From NCBI RefSeq assembly GCF_004010195.1, contig NC_057753.1, positions 8,554,985-8,618,984 of the forward strand: a stretch of DNA of 64,000 nucleotides, read 5' to 3'. The DNA comes from Chiloscyllium plagiosum. Its lineage: Eukaryota. This document shows, in pieces, positions 40,561-53,699 of this stretch. The translations under genes and the position numbers were made by a program. The notes under the pieces were generated by a model. The model ran no database searches. It saw only the letters and a list, made by a program, of their open reading frames with translations, and was not told where the DNA came from. Within the stretch, counting starts at the first letter, position 1; each line of letters begins with the position of its first letter.

Positions 40561-43500
40561 GTCGAAAACGAATGGCTATCACCTGCCTCTGACTTCACTC
40601 CAAAGCATAGAGTGATATGGCGTAATGACGAGCGCTGCTGTTGCTCATTGTCAGGGAGCCGGGTTCGATTCTAGCCTCGAAGGCTGCCTGTTCCGAGTTT
40701 ACCCTAATTCCTCGTGTCTACATGTGTTTGATCCCACAGTCCGAAGAATGCTCAAGCCATTGTTCTGATGAGGGGTGGTGGTACAGTGTTAGGTGTGGTT
40801 CAAAACCGAGTCGGTGCATTTTCAATTAGCTGAATGACTTCTTTCAGTGCTGTAGGAATTCTATGGTCCCTTGATTGTCATTTTATAGAGAGAAATTCTA
40901 TCATGCTTGGTTTTCTTTGAATGAAAACAATACACACAATTCCAAAAACAGTTCCCTGTGCATTAATAAGAATATTCGAATGCACACAAATGCACTAGAC
41001 TGCAAGCCTAACAAACAAGCTGAAATTTATTCTCAGTATAACTCTCACCAACTCAGTACTATTTAGCAAATATTGTTCAAACACAAATACGAACGTAATG
41101 TTGTACGTTGTGGTTAGAGTTTTGCAAGCAGTGCTTCCTTTGGAAAAGCCAATTCGTTTTTTGAAACAAAAATCACGGACGTGACGAGAGAAATTTAGCA
41201 GCTCAGCATCTAGATTAACTCATCCTTCAAACGACTGCACTCTCTTAATGTTACCACTGAATTCATTGAACAATTATAGACATTGGTTATTTTACCATAT
41301 CCTTCAGTTGTTTTCTGAACTTAGTTCAGTTGGCGTTGTAAATGCATGCATATATGCAGTAAACCATAAGGTGGATGATAAAGCCCGTTTTGATTACAGC
41401 AAAATCTAAAGCCACAAACTCAAAACCAAAGAAAACAATATAATCATTAGCGGTCAGCCCCCCCAAAAAAGGAAAACCATACGTTATGTTTCAACAAAAA
41501 GGAAAATTAAAGTACATTCCATCTCCTCCCTATCCATGGGTCTCTGAGATGCGATCAAATCAATGGGTTTGCAATCATCAAAAGGTTTTGCTGCTCATTG
41601 ACTGGCCTCTGATGATGATAACGTTTGGGAAAAACAGATTTGAAGACCAATTGGGGCGGGTGAGAGGAAAGAGATAGGTAAAAATGGAATGGACAATCTT
41701 GATTACTCCCCAGCAAGTTGAGAATAGAACATGTTGTGACGTTGCTGTCATTTTAACAAGGTTATTCTGGTACTTGGTATTTCTTCAGAGAGTTCGTAAA
41801 GGCAGACGTATAGAAATGTTTGAGCATGAGCCTAATTTACCAATGGCTGGCGAGTGGACAGTTCTCCCCATTCAGAATTTTTCTAGTTCCGTTTAGTTGC
41901 AATGGTAAGAACCTGTTTGGAGTGCAGAAAGGTTACAAGCTTCAATGGATACTTCCTGACTGTCTTTGACTCTGATATTGTTTTGCAAGGTGTTTCCTCC
42001 TGCCTGAAAGAACCTGAGTTTGGATTTACCTTTTGCGAAGGGGTGTATCAATGGGATTTGACGGGAATTGGAACAGCTCCTTAGTCAAGTTGTGGTATCG
42101 AGTCGGATGAGTTTTTAAACAGTTAAGTTATTCTAAATGCTGACTTTTTCTGTTCGAGTTTCAACTGTACTGTTGCAATACATTCTGCATCATTTCTGAA
42201 ATATCCACTTCGCACCTGCCTTTAAAATAAGAACAAAAATAGTGCCTTCTTGAAATATTTTGAGGGTGAATGGCCGGATCCATAACAGTCTGTAGTTTAT
42301 CAGTAAAATGATTTCGTTTTCTGAAACGTCCACTCAGCATTAATCAGCAAATACCAGAAAACTGACGGCTAGTTGTTCTTATTGCTCTTCTTCAGTGTTG
42401 TTAATGAACCCATGCTCGCAAATCTCATGGAGTTGTATCCAGAAAGTGACATGTTTGCACAGCAAGACTGCAAATGCTCTTCAATTCCGACCGTGCTGAG
42501 AACGGTACTAACAAACAGTCTAAGATTAATAGTGTATTGCAGTCAGACTACATGCTGCATATCCTCACGAACAGGGCCCTGCATCGAGCAAACATTAAGC
42601 ACAACTAAAGCATTACTCCTGCTTCACTCAACAAAATTTGTGGTCACAGTTATTTCCCCAAGGCCTCGAGCAACCAGAATGGACATGCTTGTTTGAAACT
42701 TAATGATTTGCGCTTAATCGTTTCTCTGATAAATTACCTAAAGACAATATTTTCCTTTAACTACTACTCTCTGTCTCCTGTGCCTCGACCAGTTCTTTAT
42801 CCACCTAGCTAGAACACCATAAATACCATGTGAACTTCACTTTCTCTATTAGTTTACACTGGGGAACCTTATCAATCGCCTTACTAAAGTCCATGTATGT
42901 GACATCTATAGCCCTTCCTTCATCTATCAACTTGGTCACTTCCTCAAATAACTCTGTTAGCTAAATATGACACTTATTAAAAAGATTTCCCTATTTATTT
43001 CCCCACTTTCTCTGGTTTCTATATGCTACACCATAATTACGACTTCAGCAAAAAAATTCAGTATCTCCTTCGTCTCCAATGGTTCCAGACAGAGGCAATG
43101 TTCATTTTTAAGGTACCTTATTTTCTGTCCTACTTTCTCTTTTGTCCTAAATGCACTTGTTGAAACTCTTTAGATTCTCCTTAACACTATTTGCTGCAGT
43201 TATCTCATGTCCCGTTTTAGCTCTGATGATTTTCCTCTCATGGTTGCTCTCATAATTTAGGAATACTCCCACTTCCCTTAAAAATTTCTGGTCGTTCACT
43301 TGAGCCCTGCTGTTTATATGTGAAATACGATTCCTTCCTATTGTTGACAAGAGCCACAATTTCCCTAATCGTCCAGCATTCTCTGCATCAACAAGCCTTG
43401 CCTTCAACATGAAAAGTACGTCTGTCCCTGGAATCTCGTTTACTCATTTTTGAAAACTTCTCACCTCCCAGCGTTATCGTTACCTGTGAATATCCGCTCC

Positions 43501-43608
43501 TGATCAATGACACAAGGTTTTTGTGTAATACTGTCATAATTGGCCTTCCTCCAATTTAGAACTCTAACTTTTAGATTAAATTTATCCTTTTCCATAACTA
43601 TTTAAAAC

Positions 43609-45547
43609 TATGATTTGGAGATGCCGGTGTTGGACTGGGGTGTACACAGTTAAAAATTTCGCAACACCAGGTTATAGTCCAACATGTTTAATTGGAAGCA
43701 CACTAGCTTTCGGAGCGACGCTCCTTCATCAGGTGATAGTGGAGGGCTCGATCGTAACACAGAATTTATAGAAAAAATTACAGTGTGATGTTACTGAAAT
43801 TATACATTGAAAATTTGATCGTCTGTTAAGCCTTTTAACTATTAGAATACAGTGATCGTTTCACTTCTTTCATGTGTAAATCACAAAACCTTTTTTAAAG
43901 TTGCATTCTCGGGTTAGCTATAAACAATGGTGATAGCTAGACAATATGTTGAAGGTGTCAGCCCCCGTGTTCTCTGTCTATGCCCTGATGTTTAGATTGA
44001 TTCTAATCTAAAAAGTGAGATAACAGAGTTTTACATAAATTCATGCAGTTTTTGAGCTCGGAGTTCTACATGAATGCATGCAGTTTTTGATCAAAGTGCA
44101 ATGTAACTCTGCAAGTACAAATTCACCCCACAAAATATATGTGTGCATGTGGGTCTTTGTCTGTTTCTGTGTGTCAGTCTGGGGTGGGGGTTGTGAGTGT
44201 GAGAAAGTGTGTGTGTGTGCGTGTAGTGAGTGCAGAGTGGCTGAAGTCTGTGAGGGAATGTGTGTGTCTATAAGGATGTGTGTGGGTGTCTGTGTGCGCG
44301 TCTGTGTGTACCTGTGTCCGTTTGTATATGAGTGTGTATGTGCGTGTAGGAATATCTGTGTGTGTGTGTAGTGCAATGGTGATCACCTGTAATGTGACAT
44401 TAACCAAGGTCCCGGTTGGGGCCCTCCCTATGGGTACCAAACTTAGCTATCAGCCTCTGCTCGGCCACTTTTCTCTGCTGCCTGTCCCGAAGGTCACCTT
44501 GGAGAATGGTCACCCAAAGGTCCGAGGCTGAATGTCCTGGATCACTGAAGTATTCCCCAACTGGGAGGGAACCCGCCTCTCTGTTGATTGTTGAGCAGTG
44601 ACCATTCATCCATTGTCGTAGCCTTTGCTCGGTTTCCCCAATGCACCATGCCTCCGAGCATCCTTGCGTGCAACATATAAGATAGACAACGTTGGCTATC
44701 ACATGAGTACCTGCCATGTACAAGGTGGGAGGTGTTCCCACGCGTAATAGTGGTATCTATGTCCACAATCTGACACGTCTTGCAGCGTCCACCGTGACAG
44801 GGTTGTATGGAGTTGTTCTGAGAGTCGGGCAGCTTGCTACGAACAATGATCTGTTTGAGGTTTGGCGGTTGTTTAAAGGCAAGTAGTGGAGGTGTTGGGA
44901 AGGTCTTGGTGAGGTGCTCATCCTCATTGATAATGTGTTGCAGATCACGAAGAGCATGGCGTAATTTTTCAGCCCCTGGGAAGTACTGAACAGCGAAGGG
45001 TACCCTGTCAGGTGCAGCACGTGTCTGTCTCCTGAGGAGGTCATTACTGTTCCTTGCTGTGGCACGTCGGAACAGGCGGTCGATGAGTTGAGCATCGTAC
45101 CCAGTTCTTGTGAGGGCATCCTTGAATACTTCCAGGTGTCCGTCGCGTTCCTCCTCATCTGAGAAGATCCGGTGCATGCGTAGGGCTTGTCCATAAGGAA
45201 TGGCTGTTTTAATATGTTTTGGGTGGAAGCTGGAGAAGTGTAGCATTGTGAGGTTGTCTATGGGTTTGCGGTAGAGTGTGACTCTGAGGTGTCCATCCTT
45301 GATGGAGATGCATGTATCCAAGAATGATACAAAAAATCCTGGGTTTGATGGTGGGATGAAACTTGTTGATGTCACTGTGTAGTTTTATCAGTGACTCCTC
45401 GCCATGGATCTAGAGGAAGAAAATGTCATCAATGTGCCTGGTGTACAATGTTGGTTGGAGATCCTGCATAGAGAAGAAGTCTGTGTTTAACCTGTGTTTA
45501 AATATGTTGGCATATTGGGGTATGTACAGGTGCGAACAAGACTTCTT
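43609..45547 (-). mobile_element. Penelope-like retroelement (Neptune-type Cys linker), 5'-truncated, with 11-bp TSD CTATTTAAAAC
   Basis: PQYANIF...LYTRHIDDIFF, VSFLD..LYRKP..HPKHIKTAIPYGQALR, PCHGGRCKTC and NVVYLICC..AWCIGETEQRLRQWMNGH (GIY-YIG). TSD at 43598-43608 and 45548-45558. Confidence 0.93.
43701..43735 (-). ncRNA. Minimal type I hammerhead ribozyme motif (Penelope-associated), intact core
   Basis: Minus strand cac-CTGATGA-a-ggagc-gtc-gctcc-GAAA-gcta-gtg: stem I cac/gtg, perfect 5-bp stem II, palindromic AGCT stem III and a CUA site. Confidence 0.8.
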
Positions 45548-46059
45548 CTATTTAAAACGTGTACAATAATAGCCATTAGAGCTGCTTAACTTCCCAAGAA
45601 TAGGTCAAGCTTTGCTCCTTCTCTGGTAGGTACATCCAAATACTGATTAAGAAAACTTCCTACATGCACTTAACAAATGTGTCTCCATCCGAACGCTGCG
45701 GCAGTGCTAAACTGTCTTTGGAAATTAAACTTCCCTACCATTACAAAAGCATTATTCTTAAGATGACTGAGATCTCCTTATAAATTTGCTTCTCAATTTC
45801 TCACTGAAAATTAGGGCATGACGAACATGTCTGCCTGATGAGGCAAATGTTTAAAAGCAGTTCATCATCTCTTTCCTTTTTTTCAAGTATCTACTGGCAG
45901 AAATTAGCTTGCTTATTTTATTGCCCAAAAACTCATACTTTAATTTTAAAATGATCCTTCGTTGTTTAACTCTTTACGCAACAATACTCAGTAAAATGAC
46001 ACATACTTTGCAACATTGATTTCTTAATTCATCCAAATTTCCTCCAGCATTAATTCAGA

Positions 46060-46392
46060 ATTTGATTTCCTGTAGTGTGGAAATAGGCCCTTTGGCCCAG
46101 CAAGTCCACACCGCCCTTCCTAACAGTATCCCGCCCAGACCCATTATCCGACATCTCCCATGACTAATGCGCCCTAACCGACACGTCCCTGAACACCATG
46201 GGGCAATTTAGCATAACCAATTCACCTAACATGTACATCTTTGGATTGTGGGACAAAATCGAAGCACCTGGAGGAAACCCATGCAGACACGGGGGAGAAC
46301 GTGCAAACGCCACACAGTTGCCCGAGGGCAGAATTGAACTTGAGTCCCTGCTGCTGCGAGGCAGCAGTTCTAACCACTGAGCCACTGCGCTG
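46060..46392 (-). mobile_element. HE1/V-type SINE
   Basis: The minus strand begins gcgcagtggctcagtggttagaactgctgcctcgc..caagttcaattc. Homologous to 27175-27500. Confidence 0.85.
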
Positions 46393-48974
46393 CTGATGCT
46401 TACTTCACTTTACCTCATTTTATCTTAAAACACATTTAATCACTACTTCTCACTTTAATCTGATAAACTTGGCTTGAAACAGATGCTACCCTGATTCGAA
46501 TGAAGTGGCCATCGTTTGCTCTCAATGTAGATCTTGCTTCTTGGTTTTCTTCTCCGTGAAGATAACTTTGAGGCATGTGCTTCTCAAATATTGGTCTCCA
46601 AGGCTCACTCCTCTCAAAACCGTGTCTTGCTCCCTTTTATTACAGATTTTGCTTGGTTTCCATAAAGTTGTCTGGCAGTCAATCAATGGATTGACTAAAC
46701 CTTGATTGGAATATTCGATCCAGACAATTGGACTTTACTGTTAAACCAGACCTAAAATGTTTACATGTGTTATACGCAGCCACATTCGACACGAATATAT
46801 GGTGACACGCTACCTAGCAGACCACGACTTCATTTCACAAATTAGACCAATACAGGAAACCATAGGTCACAGGTCAGAGGACATGTCTCAACATGTCCTG
46901 GCTTCAGTTTTAACCGAGGTTAGATGTTAAACTAGCGTCACCAAACTTCCCAGCAGGCTTGTGTAGTATCTTTTAATTCGTCTCGTAGCCATTTCTCTTA
47001 CATATTGACCACGTTATTGTTTCTTTTATGCCCTTGGTAAACTTAAGGCGAGTTGAAATACTCGATTTATTTGCACTGTGAGGTCTCATGTTCCCTCTAT
47101 CCAACACGGATTGACGGTGCACAGAGAAGAGTATTGAATTCTTGAAGTTTTGGAGTGAGGAGCTATGATTGAAAAAGGCTGGGCTGCACCACAACAGGGT
47201 TCAGACGAGGGTGCAAATAATTCCACGAATTGCGGATTTCGAAATGGCATGGATTTAAAAACTGAAAACTCAGCCTCGTTTATTATTGAATAAAAGAAAT
47301 TGACGTAATCATAATTGAGGTAAGAGGATTCCAGAGAAACCATAGACCTGTCAAGGTGGACGGCAAAGCTGTTTGAGGCAGAAAATACAGAATGACGATG
47401 GAATTTATGGCTCTTGCAAAGAAGAAGGACGCATATTCCAGGTATCGATAGCAGGTTTCAAGTGAACTCTTAGAGGAGTATAACGACAGTAGCAGTATAA
47501 ATAAGAAGGAAATCAGGAGGACACGTACTGGGCATGAGTTATTACTGTTATTCCCCTGTAGAAGACGGGATTGAGTTGGATGGTCAGTCACGATCGTAAT
47601 AAATGGTACAGCGAGCTCTCGGGCCGAATAGTCAAACCCTCCTTTGATGTTTGGGATCATAATCTTGTTCAAGGAAATTCCTAGAGGTGAGCGAGTCCAC
47701 ATTCCAGGGAGGTGTTTCGAACATATCGGTCAACTGCTCAGAGTTGACGTTGCTTGTTATAGCCTTCACAGCCAGAATGGAACAGTTCGTGCACCTTGAA
47801 AAGTTTCACCACCACAAAACCCAAATTTACCCTTGCTGGCTACACAAAGCTATCATTGCTTTAACTTTTGATCTCACTACAATTCTAAACTCAGTAAGCT
47901 AATTCCGTTACTGGAGATGAAACTCTTCTCCACCATATTTATGACAACTAAAAATCCACCTCTGGCCATGGGCTGCCCCCACATATTCCGTTCATATTTT
48001 CCATAATTTAACCATAGCCTTTTATGCCTCCATTTGCAAGTGCATATCTATGTACCGCCTTTGTATGATTGGGCACGTACAGATCATGTACTTAATATGT
48101 GCTGCCGTGGGATCTTTGAACATTTGATCCAGTTCACTTTGTCGATGAGACGTCCTGCTGCTGCCATTGTGCACCTTTCTGGAAGGAATGAATATTGAAG
48201 CTGTTGGTTCACATTGAGCTGCACAGAATCACGATGTTACTCACAGGAGTAAGACATTTGCAGCCTCGAATCTGGTCCACTATTCAAAGCAATAATCACT
48301 GATCAATAGCCTCATCCCGACCACCATGACGCGCTTCCCCTGTGCCAGCACCAAACATATCCCTTGATCTCTTTAGCCATAACGGTTTTATCAACTTCTA
48401 TAGTGAAAACACATGTTTGACTTCAGCTGATTTCGCAAGTTGGGAATTCTGAATTGTTAACACTTTCTAGGTCAAAACATATCTATTCACCTCACTTTCA
48501 TTAGGTTTTCGCCTACTCATTCAATTATGACTACAGGTTCTCGATTCCATCACCATCAGGAGTATCCTTACTGCATTTACCCTGTCTAGAATTGTTAGAG
48601 ATTTTCTACATTTCTGTGACATTCCCCCGCTCCCGTCTCATTCTCCTGAACTCCAGTGAATGAAACCTTAACGGAATCAGTCACTCCTCATACGCCAAAC
48701 ATCACATGTCATCACAGGAATAAATTTGCTGCAATTGATTATTCCCTATCACGATACAGTTTTGCAACGAAGTCAAAAGAAGAAAAGACAAGCATCTACG
48801 GGGCAAGAAGTGCTAAGAAGGGAAATTTGGACTAAGATGTTCAATCTTTGATTTTTCCCAAAGTAGAAGACAGAAAGAACCACATTATAGAAGAAGAAAG
48901 CAAGATGCCCAAAAGATATACTATTCATAGTATGGGAATTCATAGTATGGGAAATTCGTATTATGGGAATATTA

Positions 48975-51060
48975 ACTGTAGAGGATGGGGGCAATTGAAA
49001 TATGGAGCTTCTTCAAGGAACAGCTACAGTGCATAATTGATAAGTATGTTCCTGTCACGTAGGGACGAAATGGTTGAGTGAGAGAATGGTGGTTCACTAA
49101 AGAAGTTGAAGCTGAAAATGTGTTGCTGGAATAGCGCAGCAGGTCAGGCAGCATCCATGGAACAGGAGAATCGACGTTTTGGGCATAAGCCCTTCTTCAG
49201 GAATGAGGAAAGTTTGTCCANNNNNNNNNNNNNNNNNNNNNNNNNNNNNNNNNNNNNNNNNNNNNNNNNNNNNNNNNNNNNNNNNNNNNNNNNNNNNNNN
49301 NNNNNNNNNNNNNNNNNNNNNNNNNNNNNNNNNNNNNNNNNNNNNNNNNNNNNNNNNNNNNNNNNNNNNNNNNNNNNNNNNNNNNNNNNNNNNNNNNNNN
49401 NNNNNNNNNNNNNNNNNNNNNNNNNNNNNNNNNNNNNNNNNNNNNNNNNNNNNNNNNNNNNNNNNNNNNNNNNNNNNNNNNNNNNNNNNNNNNNNNNNNN
49501 NNNNNNNNNNNNNNNNNNNNNNNNNNNNNNNNNNNNNNNNNNNNNNNNNNNNNNNNNNNNNNNNNNNNNNNNNNNNNNNNNNNNNNNNNNNNNNNNNNNN
49601 NNNNNNNNNNNNNNNNNNNNNNNNNNNNNNNNNNNNNNNNNNNNNNNNNNNNNNNNNNNNNNNNNNNNNNNNNNNNNNNNNNNNNNNNNNNNNNNNNNNN
49701 NNNNNNNNNNNNNNNNNNNNNNNNNNNNNNNNNNNNNNNNNNNNNNNNNNNNNNNNNNNNNNNNNNNNNNNNNNNNNNNNNNNNNNNNNNNNNNNNNNNN
49801 NNNNNNNNNNNNNNNNNNNNNNNNNNNNNNNNNNNNNNNNNNNNNNNNNNNNNNNNNNNNNNNNNNNNNNNNNNNNNNNNNNNNNNNNNNNNNNNNNNNN
49901 NNNNNNNNNNNNNNNNNNNNNNNNNNNNNNNNNNNNNNNNNNNNNNNNNNNNNNNNNNNNNNNNNNNNNTCCTCCTGGGAGCAGATACGGCGGAGGCGGA
50001 GGAATTGGGAATACGGGATGGCATTTTTGCAAGAGGTAGGGTGGGAGGAGGTGTAGTCCAGGTAGCTGTGGGTGTCGGTCGGTTTGTAGTAGATGTCCGT
50101 GTTGATTCGGTCGCCTGAGGTAGAAATAGATAGGTCGAGGAAGGGGAGGGAGGAATCTGAGACTGTCCAGGTGAATTTGAGGTCGGGGTGGAAGGTGTTG
50201 GTGAAGTGGATGAACTGTTCAACCTCCGCGTGGGAAGTTGAATGTCTTGTCAAGAGGAAGAATGGAGCTGATGTAAAGATGAGTTGCTGAGTTAGGGCGC
50301 TTGAATGTTACAAGTGAGCCAGGTAGGACCTAAATGGAGAGAGCTAATACTAACCAGGAGGGGATATGAAAAGCCTTAGTAGGCAGATAGGATCGAGGAA
50401 AACCCTAAATATTCGTACATGTATGTGACGAACAAAAGACTGACTAGAGCAATATTGGGGCCTGTCAAGGACAGCAGTGGGAAGTTGTGCACGGAGTCGC
50501 AAGAAATTGGAGAGGCGCTAATGCATATTTTTAGCCAGTATTCACAAAAGGAAAAAAAACGACATTGGCAAGGAGAATACTGACATACAGGCTATTAGTC
50601 GAGACGGGATTGACGTTCACAAGGAGGCGCTGTTAGCAATTCTGGTTAGTGTGAAAATAGACAGGTCATCTGGCCAGATGGAATTTATCCCAGCGTTCTC
50701 TGGGAAGCCAGGGAGGAGATTGCAGAGGCTTTGGCTGTGATCTTTATGTTGTCATTGTCTGCAGGAGTAGTTGCAGAAGATTGGTGGATAGCAAATGCTG
50801 TCCTCTTGTTCAAGAATGAGAGGAGAGTCAGCACTGGTAATTATAGACCAGTGACCCTTTTTTCGGTTGTGGATAAAGTGTTGAAATGTATTAGAAGAGA
50901 TAGGATTGATAATCACCTAGAAAGGAATAATTTGATTAGTTATAATCAACACGGTTTTGTTTAAGGGAGGTTCTGCTTCACAAACCGTTTTGAGTTGTTT
51001 TAGACGGTGACCAAACAGGTGGATGAGGGTAAAGCGGTTGATGTGTTGTATATGGATATG
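48975..51060 (+). mobile_element. Decayed CR1 ORF2 fragment split by a Penelope-like insertion
   Basis: WFTKEVE|CLVKRK continuity across the insert; AEDWWIANAVLLFK..GNYRPVTL..QHGFV. Confidence 0.8.
49111..50233 (-). mobile_element. Young Penelope-like element (mostly within the assembly gap), with 9-bp TSD GAAGTTGAA
   Basis: FHPDLKFTW..SLPFLDL..TDIYYKPTDTHSYLDYTSSHP..CKNAIPYSQFLRLRRICS. The terminus has CTGAAGA-agggcttatgccc-aaaacgtc. TSD at 49102-49110 and 50234-50242. Confidence 0.9.
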
Positions 51061-52356
51061 AATCCGTCTTTTATCTATCATCCCTCAACTTAAAGCTTTG
51101 CCAAATCGTGGGGAAAAAGAACTCCCACTACTAACTGTATGCAATCCTCTGATTATCTTACATTTCTCAATTAAATAATGTGTCAACCTTCTCTCCAACG
51201 AAAACAGCCTCATGTATCTCAAACTGCCCTCATGAGACATATCTTCCATAACAAGAAACATCCTAGTAAATCTCCTTTGAACTATTTCCAGCGCTTCCAT
51301 ATCTGACCTATAATGTGGTAACCAGAAATTTATGCTTTACTCCAAGTGTGGCCACACCAGAGATTTGCACAGCTGCAGCACGATCTCGTGGCTCCGAAAC
51401 TCAATCCTTGTATCAATATAAGCTAACATACCGCATGACCTATTATAGAACATATAGAACATTACAGCGCAGTACAGGCCCTTCGGCCCTCGATGTTGCG
51501 CCGACCGGAAATACCAATCTGAAGCCAATCTAACCTACACTATTCCATGTACGTCCAGAAGCGTGTCCAATGACGACTTAAATGTACTTAAAGTTGGCGA
51601 ACCTAATAACGTTTCAGGCGACGCTTTCCATACCCCTGACTACTCTCTGAGTAAAGAAACTACCTCTGACATCTGTCCTATATCTATCACCCCTCAATTT
51701 AAAGATATGCCCCATCGTGCTCGCCGTCACCATACTTGGAAAAAGGCTCTCCCTGTCCACCCTATCTAACCCTCTGATTATCTTATATGTCTCTATTAAG
51801 TCACCTCTCAACCTTCGTCGCTCTAACGAAAACAGCCTCAAGTCCCCCAGCCTTTCCTTTAAGACCTTCCCTCCATACCAGGCAACATCCTCGTAAATCT
51901 CCTCTGCAACCTTTCCAAAGCTTCCACATCCTTCTTATAATGTGGTGACCAGAACTGTACACAATACTCCAAGTGCGGCCGCACCAGAGTTTTGTACAGC
52001 TGTAGCATAACATCATGGTTCCGGAACTCGATCCCTCTATTAATAAAAGCTAAAACACTGTATGCCTTCTTAACGACCCTGTCAACCTGGGTGGCAACTT
52101 TCAAGGATCTGTGTACCTGGACACCGAGATCTCTCTTCTCATCTATACTCCCAAGAACCTTACCATTAACCCTAAGTAGCAACATTCAGTGATCTATGTA
52201 CATGGACACGGAGATCTCTCTGCTCATCTACACTACTAAGACCCTTACCATTAGCCAAGTACTGTTTATTGTTGTTGCTTCTTCCAAACTGTATCACCTC
52301 ACACATTTCCGAATCAAACTCAATTTTCCATCTCTCAACCCAGTTCTGCAGCTGTT
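51061..52356 (-). mobile_element. Two nested CR1 3' fragments (inner copy about 51445-52174 with ATAGAAC tail)
   Basis: Inner: RDLGVQVHRSLKVATQVD..LVRPHLEYCVQFWSP. Outer pieces at 51061-51444 and 52175-52356. Confidence 0.85.
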
Positions 52357-52484
52357 GTGGAAGTATCACTCAATATTCACTTAAAAATACAAAGAGACGC
52401 AGAACATCCCTCGAGAAATTAAAATTTAATCATGCAAATTCAAAGTTGCGGCAGCAAGACAAATGTCTTCCTTTATTGCTCGCA

Positions 52485-53015
52485 ATTTAGATATGATGCA
52501 GAGCTGGGCTGAGGAGTGGCAGATGGAGTTCAACCCTGCCAAGTGTGACGTTGTCCATTTTGGAAAGACAAATAGGAATGCAGAATACAGGGTTAACGGT
52601 AGGGTTCTTAGTGAGGTGGAGGAACAGAGGGATCTTGGGGTCTATGTTCATAGATCTTTGAAAGTTGCCACTCAGGTGGATAGAGCTTGTAAGAAGGCCT
52701 ATGGTGTATCAGCGTTCATTAGCAGAGGGATTGAATTCAAGAATCGTGAAGTGATGTTGCAACTGTACAGGACCTTGGTAAGGCCACATTTGGAGTACTG
52801 TGTGCAGTCCTGGTAGGGGTGGGTTCTTTACCCAGAGAGTGGTGGGGGCATGGAATGCGCTGCCTGTGGTAGTGGTAGAGTCAGAATCTTTGGTGACCTT
52901 TAAGCGGCAATTGGATAGGTACATGGATGGGTGCTTAAGCTAGGACAAATGTTCGGCACAACATTGTAGGCCGAAGGGCCTGTTCTGTGCTGTATTGTGC
53001 TATGTTCTATGTTCT
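52485..53015 (+). mobile_element. CR1 3' fragment with an internal deletion at about 52813
   Basis: WAEEWQMEFNPAKC..LVRPHLEYCVQSW is joined directly to the 3' terminal region and (TATGTTC)n tail. Confidence 0.88.
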
Positions 53016-53699
53016 TTGTTCTGCTCCAGTTTATGGTCCCGTGCTTATCGGATAACATTAGCATAGCCAATCATGCTGGCTTGCTTTATCTTTCTAAACT
53101 AACCATCGTCTGCCACACTGGTTCCCGCCATCACACTTAACCTATCACATTACAAGACCATCATCTTCAGCATTAGCTCATCTCCCATCATCTCTGATTT
53201 AAGTAACCTATCACGATGCAATACCATTATCTTTTACTGAAGCCCTATAATATGATCCCGGGCATACGTTGCAACACTACATTAACTAGATGCCTGCCAT
53301 AATAGCTTTCATGTATTCCCACATTTGAGACCAACAGGTCTCACACAGAGGGAGAATAAAAGGAAGCCGAGCACACAAAGGCCAAATAATAGACAGATCC
53401 CCAAAAGCGGGCCACAACAATTTCCAGTGTCCAAACCTCAAAGGATGCTCCCTCAGCACTTGGAGCCTCAGGCCAAAAACACGTCCCAAAATAACTGAAA
53501 CAAGAAAAAAGACCAAAAGACAAGCAGGAGAAAGGTTTCCTTCCAGAAAAGCATCACCGATGTCACGGAAGCTCCAGCTCTCTTTCACCAAGTGCACAAT
53601 GCTCCATAAAGGAGTGACGGGCCTCAACACGCCGTTTCAACCATCGCAGCCCCTTCTCGGCCTTCACAAACCTCAACCCAGGAGTCCGTCTGTGCCCGT

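Larger units (their letters stand above)
42830..45830 (-). mobile_element. Decayed CR1 fragment (42830-43608 and 45548-45830) split by a Penelope-like insertion
   Basis: The minus strand has the D(F)SKAIDKVP region near 42860 and endonuclease remnants after 45560; 11-bp TSD at the break. Confidence 0.7.

Noticed and set aside
44041..44440. His/Thr-rich and Cys/Val-rich ORFs (also 21017-21548 and 39418-39795)
   Set aside because: These are translations of CA/TG microsatellite-like tracts.
48921..48970. Three copies of a ~14-bp unit (attcatagtatggga)
   Set aside because: A short local slippage repeat without spacers; not CRISPR-like and no evident function.
49097..50253. Several ORFs of 286-369 aa
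   Set aside because: Their length comes from translating through Ns; the only real content is Penelope RT.
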